From the NCBI GenBank assembly GCA_965230905.1, contig OZ246396.1:390001-422000 (forward strand): a stretch of DNA of 32,000 bases, given 5' to 3'. This document shows positions 23,666-32,000 of this stretch, piece by piece; the first letter of the stretch is position 1, and each line of letters opens with the position of its first letter. A model generated the notes under the pieces. The model ran no database searches. It saw only the letters and a list, made by a program, of their open reading frames with translations, and was not told the origin of the DNA. Origin of the DNA: Candidatus Saccharimonadota bacterium. GTDB lineage: Bacteria > Patescibacteriota > Gracilibacteria > UBA1369 > 2-02-FULL-48-14. The position numbers and the translations under genes were made by a program.

Positions 23666-23911
23666 AGAAAGTCGAGTAAGAGGAAAAGGCCAAAGTTCTA
23701 GCGCAGACGCCATGGCGTTGCGGCAAATTTCCGGCTTGTCTGGAAAGTCCCGCACCGCTGTGTGTAGAAGACCCGGCCTCGTGCCTGGTGAACTACGGCC
23801 GGTGCCCGCTCTCAAGTTTATCTTGGCAGCGGGCACCATTCCTCTTACTAGTGGCAAAGCCGAGCAGAAGCGAGTGCCTACGGCCACAACAAATTTATTA
23901 ACATTTATATT

Positions 23912-24409
23912 ATGAAAAAACATTTACTTTTTACAGCGGTTTTATTGGCAGGTTGTGAGGTGACGAGCACGGCCAGTTTGGACCCTGCGCTTTGCTTAGA
24001 TAGCGACCCCACCATGGTGGTTTCCAACTCGCCTTTTCACGAGGGCGTTGGACAGTTTTCTATGACAGGCGAGGTTCAAACGGCGGAGATGGAAGCGCCT
24101 TTTTCTGGCGAGACTGTAGACGCTGTCTACTTGGTGCTTTCCGATGACGGCAGTGAGGCCTTTGATTATTTTTATGCGATGGCTGGCAAACTCGCGATTG
24201 ATAACATTGCCCGCGAACAGCTTTATTTGAAATTGGGGGTTTTGGAAGAGGGCGAATTGAAAAGTTCCGCGCACCTTGGCGACGCTGCGGAGGCCGAAAT
24301 TCTTAGCGCGGTGAACAGCGGTGAGGAAATCACGCTGAACATGCTGATGGGCTCCAGCTTAGGGAAGGGCGCGGCTGCGGAGAGCGTGAATCCGTGTCTT
24401 ATTGAATAA
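23912..24409 (+). CDS. Lipoprotein of unknown function
   Basis: MKKHLLFTAVLLAGC is a signal peptide with lipobox. 165 aa. Confidence 0.6.
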   Translation: MKKHLLFTAVLLAGCEVTSTASLDPALCLDSDPTMVVSNSPFHEGVGQFSMTGEVQTAEMEAPFSGETVDAVYLVLSDDGSEAFDYFYAMAGKLAIDNIAREQLYLKLGVLEEGELKSSAHLGDAAEAEILSAVNSGEEITLNMLMGSSLGKGAAAESVNPCLIE

Positions 24410-24662
24410 CGCGGAGGGCGTCCAGTCGTGTGGCGGCTTGCTGGTCCACGATGAGCGGATCTTGTGCGAAATCATCTGGTGCGGTGCCGTAGCTGCTTTC
24501 TAGTTGTTGGTGCTCGATGCCAAGGTCGAGGTCGGCCACAGCTTCATGGGTTTGGTGGAGTTCTGCGGCTAGCGGAGGTGCCAGTTCAGGTTCGGCGTGT
24601 CGCACTTCTGAGGCTTCCGCTTGGCGGCTTGCCTCCAATTCATCGGCGTCGGTTACTAGCAT
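24399..24662 (-). CDS. Possible acidic hypothetical protein (87 aa)
   Basis: The only plausible frame here, since the opposite-strand ORF is Arg-rich junk. It overlaps the convergent lipoprotein gene by 11 nt. Coding status is uncertain. Confidence 0.35.
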   Translation of the reverse strand: MLVTDADELEASRQAEASEVRHAEPELAPPLAAELHQTHEAVADLDLGIEHQQLESSYGTAPDDFAQDPLIVDQQAATRLDALRVIQ

Positions 24663-24738
24663 AGTTTTTGGTAAAATCTAAAGATTATACCATGTTTTGG
24701 CGTGCGATGGAAGCTTGCTAGGTGGAAGAATGTTGTAG

Positions 24739-24814
24739 GATTCACCCCCGGGGGTGAATCGTGCCATAACTTGCATCGCTGACAATTCATAGTACTATTC
24801 ACCGCCAGCGGTGA
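24739..24814. promoter_or_regulatory. Two related palindromes, TTCACC-N6-GGTGA(A/G)
   Basis: GATTCACCCCC|GGGGGTGAATC is a perfect 22-bp palindrome at 24739-24760. TCACCGC-ca-GCGGTGA lies at 24799-24814. Centres are 57 bp apart. Neither is followed by a T-run. Confidence 0.4.
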
Positions 24815-24842
24815 GCTTTAGAATATCTTGCGAGTTTGTCCA

Positions 24843-25337
24843 TCACTCTCCTTCGTAGTAGCCCACCTCGTTTTGCAGGAAGAATTTTTCGAGAGTCTTT
24901 TCAGTGACAGGCATGCCGGGTGCGTCCACTGCAAAAACTCCAACTTTGTTTGAATCTGGATAGACGCAAATATCGGGCTCAATCATGGTAGAAATACACA
25001 AGTAAGTGAGCAGGGTCTCAGACGTATTTATGAGCTGGTGGGCGAATTCTGGACCGACTGGGAGGGCGATGTAGTCACCCTTTTGCACGGGAGATTCCTG
25101 TCCATTTTGTCTTAAAGTTCCTGACCCTTCCAGAATGAAAATGGCTTCTTCATTGCCATAGTGAAAGTGGTAAGGCCAGGCTCGTTTTCCAGACTGTACT
25201 GCGTAGATACGGCAGCCGATTTTTTGTGCGCCGGTACTTTGGCTGAGACTTTTTTTGGTGAATTGAAATTTTTCTCCGCTGGAAACGGAGGTTTCAGGAA
25301 GGTTAGCAATGTTGATGATGTTTGTGGGGCGGTTCAT
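24843..25337 (-). CDS. Cupin-domain protein
   Basis: PYHFHYGNEEAIFILEGSG...GDYIALPVGPEFAHQLIN are the two cupin motifs. ATGA overlap with the phhB stop. Confidence 0.75.
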   Translation of the reverse strand: MNRPTNIINIANLPETSVSSGEKFQFTKKSLSQSTGAQKIGCRIYAVQSGKRAWPYHFHYGNEEAIFILEGSGTLRQNGQESPVQKGDYIALPVGPEFAHQLINTSETLLTYLCISTMIEPDICVYPDSNKVGVFAVDAPGMPVTEKTLEKFFLQNEVGYYEGE

Positions 25338-25555
25338 AAAGATGGGATTAGATTTTCGATGGCTTGCATGAGCGCGTGGTCTTTTTCGGTGACGGCATTC
25401 GCGCTGTGGGTCCAGCTTTCGATGGTCACCTTGTTATAATAAAGGTGAATGTCGGGATGGTGGTTCGCTTGTTCGGCGAGGGCGGCCACGGCGTTTACAA
25501 AACGCAGAGCGGCGGGGAAATCGGGGAAGGTGAAGCTGCGGCTTAGTTTCGGCAT
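25334..25555 (-). CDS. phhB: Pterin-4-alpha-carbinolamine dehydratase (short form, 73 aa)
   Basis: FTFPDFPAALRFVNAVAALAEQANHHPDIHLYYNKVTIESWTHS...TEKDHALMQAIE is the PCD/DCoH signature. The start overlaps the phhA end by 13 nt. Confidence 0.8.
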   Translation of the reverse strand: MPKLSRSFTFPDFPAALRFVNAVAALAEQANHHPDIHLYYNKVTIESWTHSANAVTEKDHALMQAIENLIPSL

Positions 25556-26373
25556 AAGATAGGGGTTAGGAATTTTTCAGCGGTTTCGCGGAGCTCGCGG
25601 AACGAAGAAATAATAAAAAGTTTTGACTGCATGTGGGAGTAGTCGTAGGGGGTTGCGACCACTTCTTCCAAGGTGAAGGGCACGCGCTCCACGGCCTCGG
25701 TGAAGCAGTGCTGGATTTCGCCAAAGGAAGAAAGCAGGCCGGCGCCGTAGGCTTTGAGGCCGGCGCGTTCTTGGATGAGACCGAACTCAATGGTGTACCA
25801 GTAGAGACGCTCGATTTGCACGAGTTCTTCGGGCGTGGCTTTGAGGGCGGCGGTGCCGATCATTCGGGAGAAGTCGACAAAATCTTTGTCGGTGAACATG
25901 GGCACGTGGCCGATGACTTCGTGAACGATGTCGGGCTCGGGGGTGTAGTCGGGGCGGCTGGAGTGGCGGATGTACTGGGTGCAGAGCATGAGTTTTTGGT
26001 CGAGCAGACTGAGGAAAATGCGCGCGTCGATGAGGCCTTCCACCGGGCCCACGCTGAACCCGTGGAAGCGTTTGAGTTCGCTATCGAGCACGGCGAGTTG
26101 CGGAACCGCGTGAGTGGAAATGGGCAGGAGGTCTTTGGCCAGAAGGTATTCACTGCTCGCGAGGTCGCGGTGGAGCGGGAGCAGTTTTTCGGTCACGGCG
26201 CGCCAGGTGCGGTTTTCTTCGTCGGTGTAAATGACGGTTGGCACGGTGCTGCGGTCAGCAAGGTAGTTGCGGGCGATGAGCGCAATTTCGTTGCGGCGCG
26301 CGCGGTACACTGGGTCGTTGGCACCGGGGTGGTCGAGGGAGAGGAAAGAGATGTCGGTGATGGGATCGTTCAT
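25543..26373 (-). CDS. phhA: Phenylalanine 4-hydroxylase (bacterial aromatic amino-acid hydroxylase)
   Basis: PDIVHEVIGHVPMF (iron-binding His pair), YWYTIEFGL and AYGAGLLSSFGE, matching monomeric bacterial PAH. Confidence 0.9.
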   Translation of the reverse strand: MNDPITDISFLSLDHPGANDPVYRARRNEIALIARNYLADRSTVPTVIYTDEENRTWRAVTEKLLPLHRDLASSEYLLAKDLLPISTHAVPQLAVLDSELKRFHGFSVGPVEGLIDARIFLSLLDQKLMLCTQYIRHSSRPDYTPEPDIVHEVIGHVPMFTDKDFVDFSRMIGTAALKATPEELVQIERLYWYTIEFGLIQERAGLKAYGAGLLSSFGEIQHCFTEAVERVPFTLEEVVATPYDYSHMQSKLFIISSFRELRETAEKFLTPILCRN

Positions 26374-26515
26374 ATGGGAAGATTAAAAAATAGCCCCGGG
26401 AATCGGAGGCTTGGGTTTCTTAGAAAAAGAAATTGCGTCAATACGCAGACAAGCCCCCACATGAGCGGTAATAATAGGAAACGGGGGTTTGGAAACGTTT
26501 GAACATGGCTTCAGT

Positions 26516-28675
26516 TTAGTTCAACTTCTCGATGGGCGCAATGCTGGCGGAGAGTTTTTTGGTGCCGACGCTGGGGTCTTTGAAGGTGACGGTGACGATG
26601 CCGCCTTGGATTTTCATGACCACGCCTTCACCGAAACTGCGGTGGCGTACGAGGTCGCCTTCGTAGAGTTCAATGGGGTCGAGGTTGCTGTAGTCTTCCT
26701 CTACGGGAATGGGGCGGCCGGTGTAGGTTTGAGTGGTGGGTGCGACGTAACCTTCGACCAACTCGACGGGAATATCGAGGAGGAATTGGGAAGGCGCGTT
26801 TTGTTTGAACTCGCCGAAGAGCATGCGCTGTTGGGCGTGCAAAAGATAAAGATGATCCATGGCGCGAGTGATGCCCACGTACATGAGGCGACGTTCTTCT
26901 TCGAGCTCTTGGGGTTCGAAAAGCGAGCGGGAATGGGGGAAGATTCCTTCTTCGAGACCGGTCATAAATACCACGGGGAATTCGAGACCTTTGGCGCTGT
27001 GCAGGGTCATGAGGGTGACGGAATTTTGGCTTTCGTCCACATCGTCCAGGTCGGTCATGAGGGTGATTTCCTCGAGGAAAGTGGACAGCGAGACGCGGGG
27101 TTCGAGGCCTTCGTACTTGTCCGCTACGGTGATGAGTTCTTGGATATTTTGGAAGCGGGCTTCGCCTTCGGGGGATTTGTCTTCGAGCAAATATTGTTTG
27201 TAACCGGAGCCGGAAATGACGTGTTTGAGGAGGCCGCCCACGGCGAATTCTTCGCTGAGTTTTTGGAAGTGGCGCATGAGCACCGTGAAGGCTTCGAGGT
27301 GTTTTGTTTTGCCGGCGAGTTCAGGGATTTCATGAACGTGTTCCATGGCGCGGAAAATGGAAAGGTCGCGGACGACCGCAAAGTTCTGCAAAATTTCCAA
27401 TGTTTTTGGGCCGATTTTTCGCGCGGGCACATTGATGATGCGGAGCACGGAAATGCTGTCTTCGGGATTGAGGATGACGCGGAGGTAGGCCACGAGATCT
27501 TTAATTTCTTTGCGGAGGTAGAACTTTACGCCGCCCACGATTTTGTACGGAATGCCGAAGCGCATAAAAGATTCTTCAATGGCTCGAGATTGAGCGTTGG
27601 TGCGGTAGAGGGCGGCGAACTCGCTATACGCCGGAGTTTCGTGTTGTCGCACATGCGCCATAATCGCCTGAGCAACACGCATGGCTTCGTCGCGCTCGTC
27701 ACGGGTTTTGAGGATTTGAATTTTGCTGCCGCCGTCGCGCTCGGTCCAGAGTTTCTTTTCTTTGCGATGCAGGTTGCGGGAAATCACGCTGTGCGCCGCG
27801 TCCAAAATAATGGGCGAGGAACGGTAGTTTTGTTCGAGTTTTATCACGAGCGCTTCTGGGTAATCTTTTTCAAAGTCCATGATGTTTTGAATGTTCGCGC
27901 CGCGCCAGGAATAGATGCTTTGGTCGGGGTCACCGATCACGCAAATGTTGCGGTATTTTTCCGCGAGCATTTTTACGAGTGTGTATTGGGCGTGGTTGGT
28001 GTCCTGGTACTCGTCCACGGAAATGTAGCGGTAACGCTCCTGGTATTGGTCGAGCAGTTCAGGATATTTTTGGAAGAGCAGCACGGTTTTCATGAGCAGA
28101 TCGTCGAAGTCGAGGGCTTGGTTTTTGGCGAGGCGGGCTTGGTAGGATTTGTAGCATTGGCCCACTTTTTCGGTGAAGGCATTGTGCGCGGAATTTTGAT
28201 AGCTTTCGGAGTCCATGAGCATATTTTTAGCCTGGGAAATCTGCCCGAGCACTGCCTTTGGGTTCACTTGTTTTTCGTCGATGTGGTGGTCGCGCATGAT
28301 CTCTTTCATCAGTACCACTTGGTCGTTGGTGTCGTAAATTACAAATTGGTTTTCGTAGCCAAGCTCGTGGATGTGGCGGCGTAGAATCTGGGCGCAGATG
28401 GCATGAAAAGTTCCCACGGTGGGGAGCGTGGCGCCTTCGCCTCCGAGCAGGTTCACGACGCGGGTTTTCATTTCGCCGGCGGCTTTGTTCGTAAAGGTCA
28501 CGGCCAAAATATTCCACGGATGCACGCCCTTCTCTTGAATGAGGTAGGCGATGCGGTGGGTGAGGGCGCGGGTCTTGCCGGAACCGGCTCCGGCAATGAT
28601 GAGCACGGGGCCTTCGGTGGCACGGACGGCGTCCTGTTGCGCGGGGTTGAGACTGTGTAAAATTGAGTGTTGCAT
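26516..28675 (-). CDS. uvrD: UvrD/PcrA-family ATP-dependent DNA helicase
   Basis: 719 aa. AGAGSGKT (Walker A), VDEYQDTN (motif II), TLMTLHSAKGLEFPVVF, VGITRA and a C-terminal Tudor-like tail (GDLVRHRSFGEGVV). Confidence 0.92.
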   Translation of the reverse strand: MQHSILHSLNPAQQDAVRATEGPVLIIAGAGSGKTRALTHRIAYLIQEKGVHPWNILAVTFTNKAAGEMKTRVVNLLGGEGATLPTVGTFHAICAQILRRHIHELGYENQFVIYDTNDQVVLMKEIMRDHHIDEKQVNPKAVLGQISQAKNMLMDSESYQNSAHNAFTEKVGQCYKSYQARLAKNQALDFDDLLMKTVLLFQKYPELLDQYQERYRYISVDEYQDTNHAQYTLVKMLAEKYRNICVIGDPDQSIYSWRGANIQNIMDFEKDYPEALVIKLEQNYRSSPIILDAAHSVISRNLHRKEKKLWTERDGGSKIQILKTRDERDEAMRVAQAIMAHVRQHETPAYSEFAALYRTNAQSRAIEESFMRFGIPYKIVGGVKFYLRKEIKDLVAYLRVILNPEDSISVLRIINVPARKIGPKTLEILQNFAVVRDLSIFRAMEHVHEIPELAGKTKHLEAFTVLMRHFQKLSEEFAVGGLLKHVISGSGYKQYLLEDKSPEGEARFQNIQELITVADKYEGLEPRVSLSTFLEEITLMTDLDDVDESQNSVTLMTLHSAKGLEFPVVFMTGLEEGIFPHSRSLFEPQELEEERRLMYVGITRAMDHLYLLHAQQRMLFGEFKQNAPSQFLLDIPVELVEGYVAPTTQTYTGRPIPVEEDYSNLDPIELYEGDLVRHRSFGEGVVMKIQGGIVTVTFKDPSVGTKKLSASIAPIEKLN

Positions 28676-28764
28676 TTGGCAGGCGGACCCGGAGGGTCTG
28701 CTAAGAAAAAGGTGACGTAAGTCACATCAATATATATTATTAATTCACTTCACGCCAAGCCACC

Positions 28765-29436
28765 ATGCGCCGTTCACTACTCTGGGTTTGTTTCAGTATT
28801 TTAATCACACTCGGGATTGCGGTTCTGGCAAACCTGTTGTCCCCCACGGAAGCCATACAAAATTACGAGGCGACTTTTTTGGAACCTGAGGTGATTCTGG
28901 CGGAAGATTGGGAGGCGGACACCGCCGCCGAAGTGGGGCTTAGCGTCAGCATACCCGAGCAAAGTGAAACGCTTTCTTACAGTTCGCAAGCGGAAGTTTT
29001 CCGGTTCACACTCGACGCCACGGGGCCCTACACGCTCCGCTACCTGACGCTGAGTGTTTTTCCCGAGGGCCTCAAGCCCATTATGACCTGGACCATCTAC
29101 CCGCTGGACGATGGTTTGATTGATTTTGAAAATCCTGTGGCGGTGAGTGAAAAGTACCATGGAAATTTGGTGCGTTTCCGCTTTTCTTCCTCCGCTTCGG
29201 CCGCGTATTTGGGCGAGCCGGGAGAAGAGGCGTTTGCGGTGGTGGCGAGTGTGCTCAAAGAATCCACTTCCGATCTGGCGCCGCAGCTCACTATTGGCTT
29301 CCCGGAAAGTCTGAGCGTGGAATGGAATTGGGCATGGCTTCCCGGCAAGCACAGCGAGGCATGGTTGCAGCTGGGTGAAAGTCTGGGCGCCGAAGAGGTT
29401 TCTGGGCTTCCTGGCAAGCCGGTTCTCAAGCACTAG
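28765..29436 (+). CDS. Membrane-anchored hypothetical protein (223 aa)
   Basis: N-terminal TM segment MRRSLLWVCFSILITLGIAVLANLL with a beta-rich remainder. The antisense 210-aa ORF is Arg-rich and rejected. Confidence 0.6.
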   Translation: MRRSLLWVCFSILITLGIAVLANLLSPTEAIQNYEATFLEPEVILAEDWEADTAAEVGLSVSIPEQSETLSYSSQAEVFRFTLDATGPYTLRYLTLSVFPEGLKPIMTWTIYPLDDGLIDFENPVAVSEKYHGNLVRFRFSSSASAAYLGEPGEEAFAVVASVLKESTSDLAPQLTIGFPESLSVEWNWAWLPGKHSEAWLQLGESLGAEEVSGLPGKPVLKH

Positions 29437-29492
29437 TAAAAAAGCGGGCTTTGTGATAAAATGATAGGAAAAATAAAAATAAAACCCACGTT

Positions 29493-32000
29493 ATGGCCAA
29501 GCTCTTCCTCAAAAATGCATATGAATTCGAGAATCCTGCTCGCCGCATATTTTTGGAAGGCGGCAACTTTTTTGGCGGCGAAGGAGCGAAGGCCAAAGAA
29601 ACTAAACGCTGGGTGAATGAACAGGGTGAATCGAGCGCAGAAGCAAAGGCTTTGGCTGAAAGAGTCGCTCAACAAGCAGAAGATATTCGGACCAGTACCA
29701 AAAAAGAAACCTTGCAACTCTATGTGGACGTTTTCACCGATGTGGTGGGACCTCAAGATGCTTACGACATGGCTGGAGTCGTAGAAATCGATTCCACGTA
29801 CTCCAAAAATGGCCTTTTACAAGTTCTGGAAAAGAACAGCCCTTTGATCACCAGAGCGTTCACTGATTTCCCAGATCTTCGTCTTTTGGCTTACGCAACG
29901 GTTTACAAGGAATTTAAAGGACAAGGTGGAGATGCAAACTTCTTGCCCATCGGTGCCACGGTAACGCTCACAGATGGAGTGGTGACGGTAAACTATAAAG
30001 AAGACGGCATCGACAAAACCTTCACTAGCCCACTTTTTCCATGGGAAACAGCTAAAGAAGCGCAGACAAAGTACGCGGCGCTCATGGCAGAAGAAGCCGT
30101 AGCAAAACGTGCAGAAGTCGAGCGTCGTGGTGAAGACGCCATTGACCTTGATGATGATGGAGTTATTGATGTCCCTGCAGTACCGGGACTTGATCCTGAG
30201 GTGCAAGAACCTGACTCTGCGGAGGACGCCCCAGTAGAGGCGGAAGCCGATGCTGCTGAAGAAGAACCCGAGGAAGAAACCGCGCCGGAGACTGAGCTCT
30301 CTCGCGATGAAGCGCTAAAGGCGGAATGGCCGAAGGTAAGAGGGCGCATTGAAGGATTGGCGTCTAGTTTTCCAGGCGTGACTATTACTTTCAAGGATGC
30401 CTCTGATGATAAAAAGGAAGATAAGCCGGCTGATGAAGCAGACATGTTCACCAACTACTCCAAGGGTAAAACGGTTTCGATTAAATACGGACCGCGAGAA
30501 ACCGATGTAAAGCGTTACCAAATTATTGTTCCAAAAGAGGCGACTAGCTATTTAGATGCTTCCGTTACTATAAAGGAAGATGCAAGAAAGGGACTGGGAG
30601 TTACATGGGAATCCGTAGAAAGGCAGCCTACAGAGAATCTTTATGACTATTTTGCAGGCGAGATAGATGAGGCGATTAAAGAAAACATTTTAGATAAAAT
30701 TAAGGTGAAAGACCTTGCTCGGCTCAATGAATTAAGCCCCGCTGCACAACTTTACTATTTAGAGTGGTACGTCGAACACACCTTGAGTTTGGCCAAGAAA
30801 AGTCCTGACGATTTAAGTAAAGCAGAGCAAAAGGAACTAGCTGAATTCTATAAAAAGGGCGTTGAGATGGAGGTTTCAGAAAAGTGGTTCGTGGAGCTGA
30901 ATCAAAAATTGGCTTCGGCTGAGGCTAGTACCCAAACACGCTTAGACAAGATTGAGCTTAATATTCGGGCTCTTCAAAAGCTTCGGGCTGAGCGGGCTGA
31001 GCCTGTGGCGCCTGCAGCGCCTGCAGCCTCAAATGAAACCGGCGCGAAAAAAGCAGCTGAGGCTTTGGGTATTGCTCCCGCAGTTACCCCTGAACTGATA
31101 AAAAATGCCCCTGGAACCTTTTTGCGAAATGCATGGGCTCACACGGATGGATTTGTGGATGAATACAAACCTGAAGATGCTTCCTTGGCGCCTTACTTAA
31201 CTGTCAACAGTAGAAATATTGGGACACCACTGAGTGATGGTAGCGCTGCTTGGAGGATGCAGCTCACAACTGCCGCTGGAGATAAAATCTACATTGGCGA
31301 AAACACCCCAGCCGTTGATCCGGCTAAAGTGACCGCTTTTGTTGAGGCGCAAGCTGCTCTTGGCAAGACGTATCTCCCGGAAGAGGTGACTCTTTATGCC
31401 GGATACCTCCAAATTATGAATGCATGGGAAGAAGCCCTTGATGAAGCTAAAGCCGAACATAAGCTCGATGAAAAATATCGTGAGTACATTGCTACAGAGC
31501 CAGTGGCTCCTGCGGAGGTGGCGGCGAGTGAGCCAATTCCTGAAGCGGATGTAGCGGCGAGGCGCGAGCGGGATGCCCTGGAGAACAGGAACACCTTTTC
31601 AATACCAATTACTCCAGCGGGAGCAGAGTTGATGAAAGAATGGGGGCTTAAGATCCAGACCAACCGTATATATATTAATGGCGTGGAACAACCAGGCAAC
31701 TTTGGAGAAGATACCACTATCCTCTCTATAGATGCAGCGTTCGGTAGAATGTATGTCACTGAGACTAATGTAGATGGCAGCAGCTCTTTTTATACAGGAT
31801 CAAGCCCAGAAGAGTTGTTTAGCAATATAATCTATGTTGGCACTCAAATCTATCTTGAGAAAAATAGGGCGACACTTACAGCTAGCGAGCTGCGTGAGTA
31901 CAATGCATCACTTCGATCTCTTGAAAAGGCGTATCCACGTTTTAAGTTCCTGCCTCAGTACAGTGCGGAAACATCGGTGGCGGCCGCACCTTCAGGCGAA
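29493..32000 (+). CDS. Large hypothetical protein, over 836 codons, open at the right edge
   Basis: Absent from the ORF track because it has no stop in-window. I checked the frame line by line from the ATG at 29493 to 32000 and found no stop. An in-frame TAA lies at 29457-29459 upstream. It begins MAKLFLKNAYEFENPARRIFLEGG... and contains an acidic linker (EPDSAEDAPVEAEADAAEEEPEEE) and Ala/Pro linkers. Confidence 0.7.
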   Translation, partial: MAKLFLKNAYEFENPARRIFLEGGNFFGGEGAKAKETKRWVNEQGESSAEAKALAERVAQQAEDIRTSTKKETLQLYVDVFTDVVGPQDAYDMAGVVEIDSTYSKNGLLQVLEKNSPLITRAFTDFPDLRLLAYATVYKEFKGQGGDANFLPIGATVTLTDGVVTVNYKEDGIDKTFTSPLFPWETAKEAQTKYAALMAEEAVAKRAEVERRGEDAIDLDDDGVIDVPAVPGLDPEVQEPDSAEDAPVEAEADAAEEEPEEETAPETELSRDEALKAEWPKVRGRIEGLASSFPGVTITFKDASDDKKEDKPADEADMFTNYSKGKTVSIKYGPRETDVKRYQIIVPKEATSYLDASVTIKEDARKGLGVTWESVERQPTENLYDYFAGEIDEAIKENILDKIKVKDLARLNELSPAAQLYYLEWYVEHTLSLAKKSPDDLSKAEQKELAEFYKKGVEMEVSEKWFVELNQKLASAEASTQTRLDKIELNIRALQKLRAERAEPVAPAAPAASNETGAKKAAEALGIAPAVTPELIKNAPGTFLRNAWAHTDGFVDEYKPEDASLAPYLTVNSRNIGTPLSDGSAAWRMQLTTAAGDKIYIGENTPAVDPAKVTAFVEAQAALGKTYLPEEVTLYAGYLQIMNAWEEALDEAKAEHKLDEKYREYIATEPVAPAEVAASEPIPEADVAARRERDALENRNTFSIPITPAGAELMKEWGLKIQTNRIYINGVEQPGNFGEDTTILSIDAAFGRMYVTETNVDGSSSFYTGSSPEELFSNIIYVGTQIYLEKNRATLTASELREYNASLRSLEKAYPRFKFLPQYSAETSVAAAPSGE

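Noticed and set aside
23742-23790. GGAAAGTCC followed 25 nt later by AGAAGACCCGGCC, reminiscent of RNase P RNA conserved regions
   Set aside because: The two blocks are far too close together, the whole gap is only ~245 nt, and they cannot form the P4 helix (GGAAAGTCC is not complementary to CCCGGCC...). Treated as coincidence inside a structured region.
22406-23923. 505-aa ORF on the reverse strand, the longest in that region
   Set aside because: It is entirely antisense to the well-supported M23 peptidase gene. The translation is Arg/His/Val-rich low-complexity with no motifs, typical of a shadow ORF in GC-rich coding sequence.
25633-26502. 289-aa ORF on the plus strand
   Set aside because: Antisense shadow of phhA. 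Gly/Val/Glu-rich translation without motifs.
26489-28384. 631-aa ORF on the plus strand
   Set aside because: Antisense to the UvrD/PcrA helicase, whose motifs are unambiguous. The translation is Phe/Val/Gly/Glu-rich with no recognisable domain.
28801-29433. 210-aa ORF on the reverse strand
   Set aside because: Antisense to 28765..29436, which has a credible TM anchor and balanced composition. The reverse translation is Arg-rich.
1-32000. CRISPR arrays, rRNA genes, intact tRNA genes, integrase/transposase/reverse-transcriptase genes
   Set aside because: I saw no regularly spaced direct repeats, no rRNA-like or cloverleaf-forming sequence, and no ORF with recombinase or RT motifs on either strand.

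Overview
Bacterial chromosomal window; I cannot assign a taxon. I found no rRNA gene, intact tRNA gene, CRISPR array, integrase or transposase. Two regions differ clearly. (1) The left ~8-9 kb is visibly more AT-rich and looks accessory. It holds two overlapping paralogous DNA methyltransferases, one ParB-fused and one only partly inside the window and missing from the ORF track. With them sit a DUF3892-like gene, an unlisted 58-aa basic protein and a 250-aa unknown. A divergent XRE/ImmA-type regulator pair follows, then a repeat-dense non-coding stretch with five TGTCTCA sites and a 16-nt tRNA-Ser 3'-end-like fragment. Further right are a lone ORC/Cdc6-like AAA+ ATPase, a frameshifted BNR/sialidase-like propeller gene and several unknowns. 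A CTCCGCCA core recurs four times on one strand across this region, twice inside a longer repeated element. My best reading is the distal end of one or more integrative elements accreted at a tRNA-Ser gene lying left of the window. A promoter/operator explanation for the repeats is not excluded. (2) From ~9 kb onward the sequence is GC-richer backbone. It carries a DEAD-box helicase, an RDD protein, msrB, a ClpP-like peptidase, a MauE-like membrane/metal-binding fusion and an orphan Phd/YefM-like antitoxin. It also carries a YdeN-like hydrolase, gpmI, prsW, an S41 peptidase, an M23 peptidase with duplicated C-terminal domains, a phhA-phhB-cupin operon and a UvrD/PcrA helicase. Several lineage-specific lipoproteins and secreted proteins are interspersed. 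An unlisted ORF of more than 836 codons (29493 to the right edge) is still open at the window end. Several long track ORFs are antisense shadows of GC-rich genes and are rejected. The candidate undescribed systems are the XRE/ImmA-controlled methyltransferase operon and the repeat-bounded ATPase and unknown-gene segments. None can be assigned a function from sequence alone.
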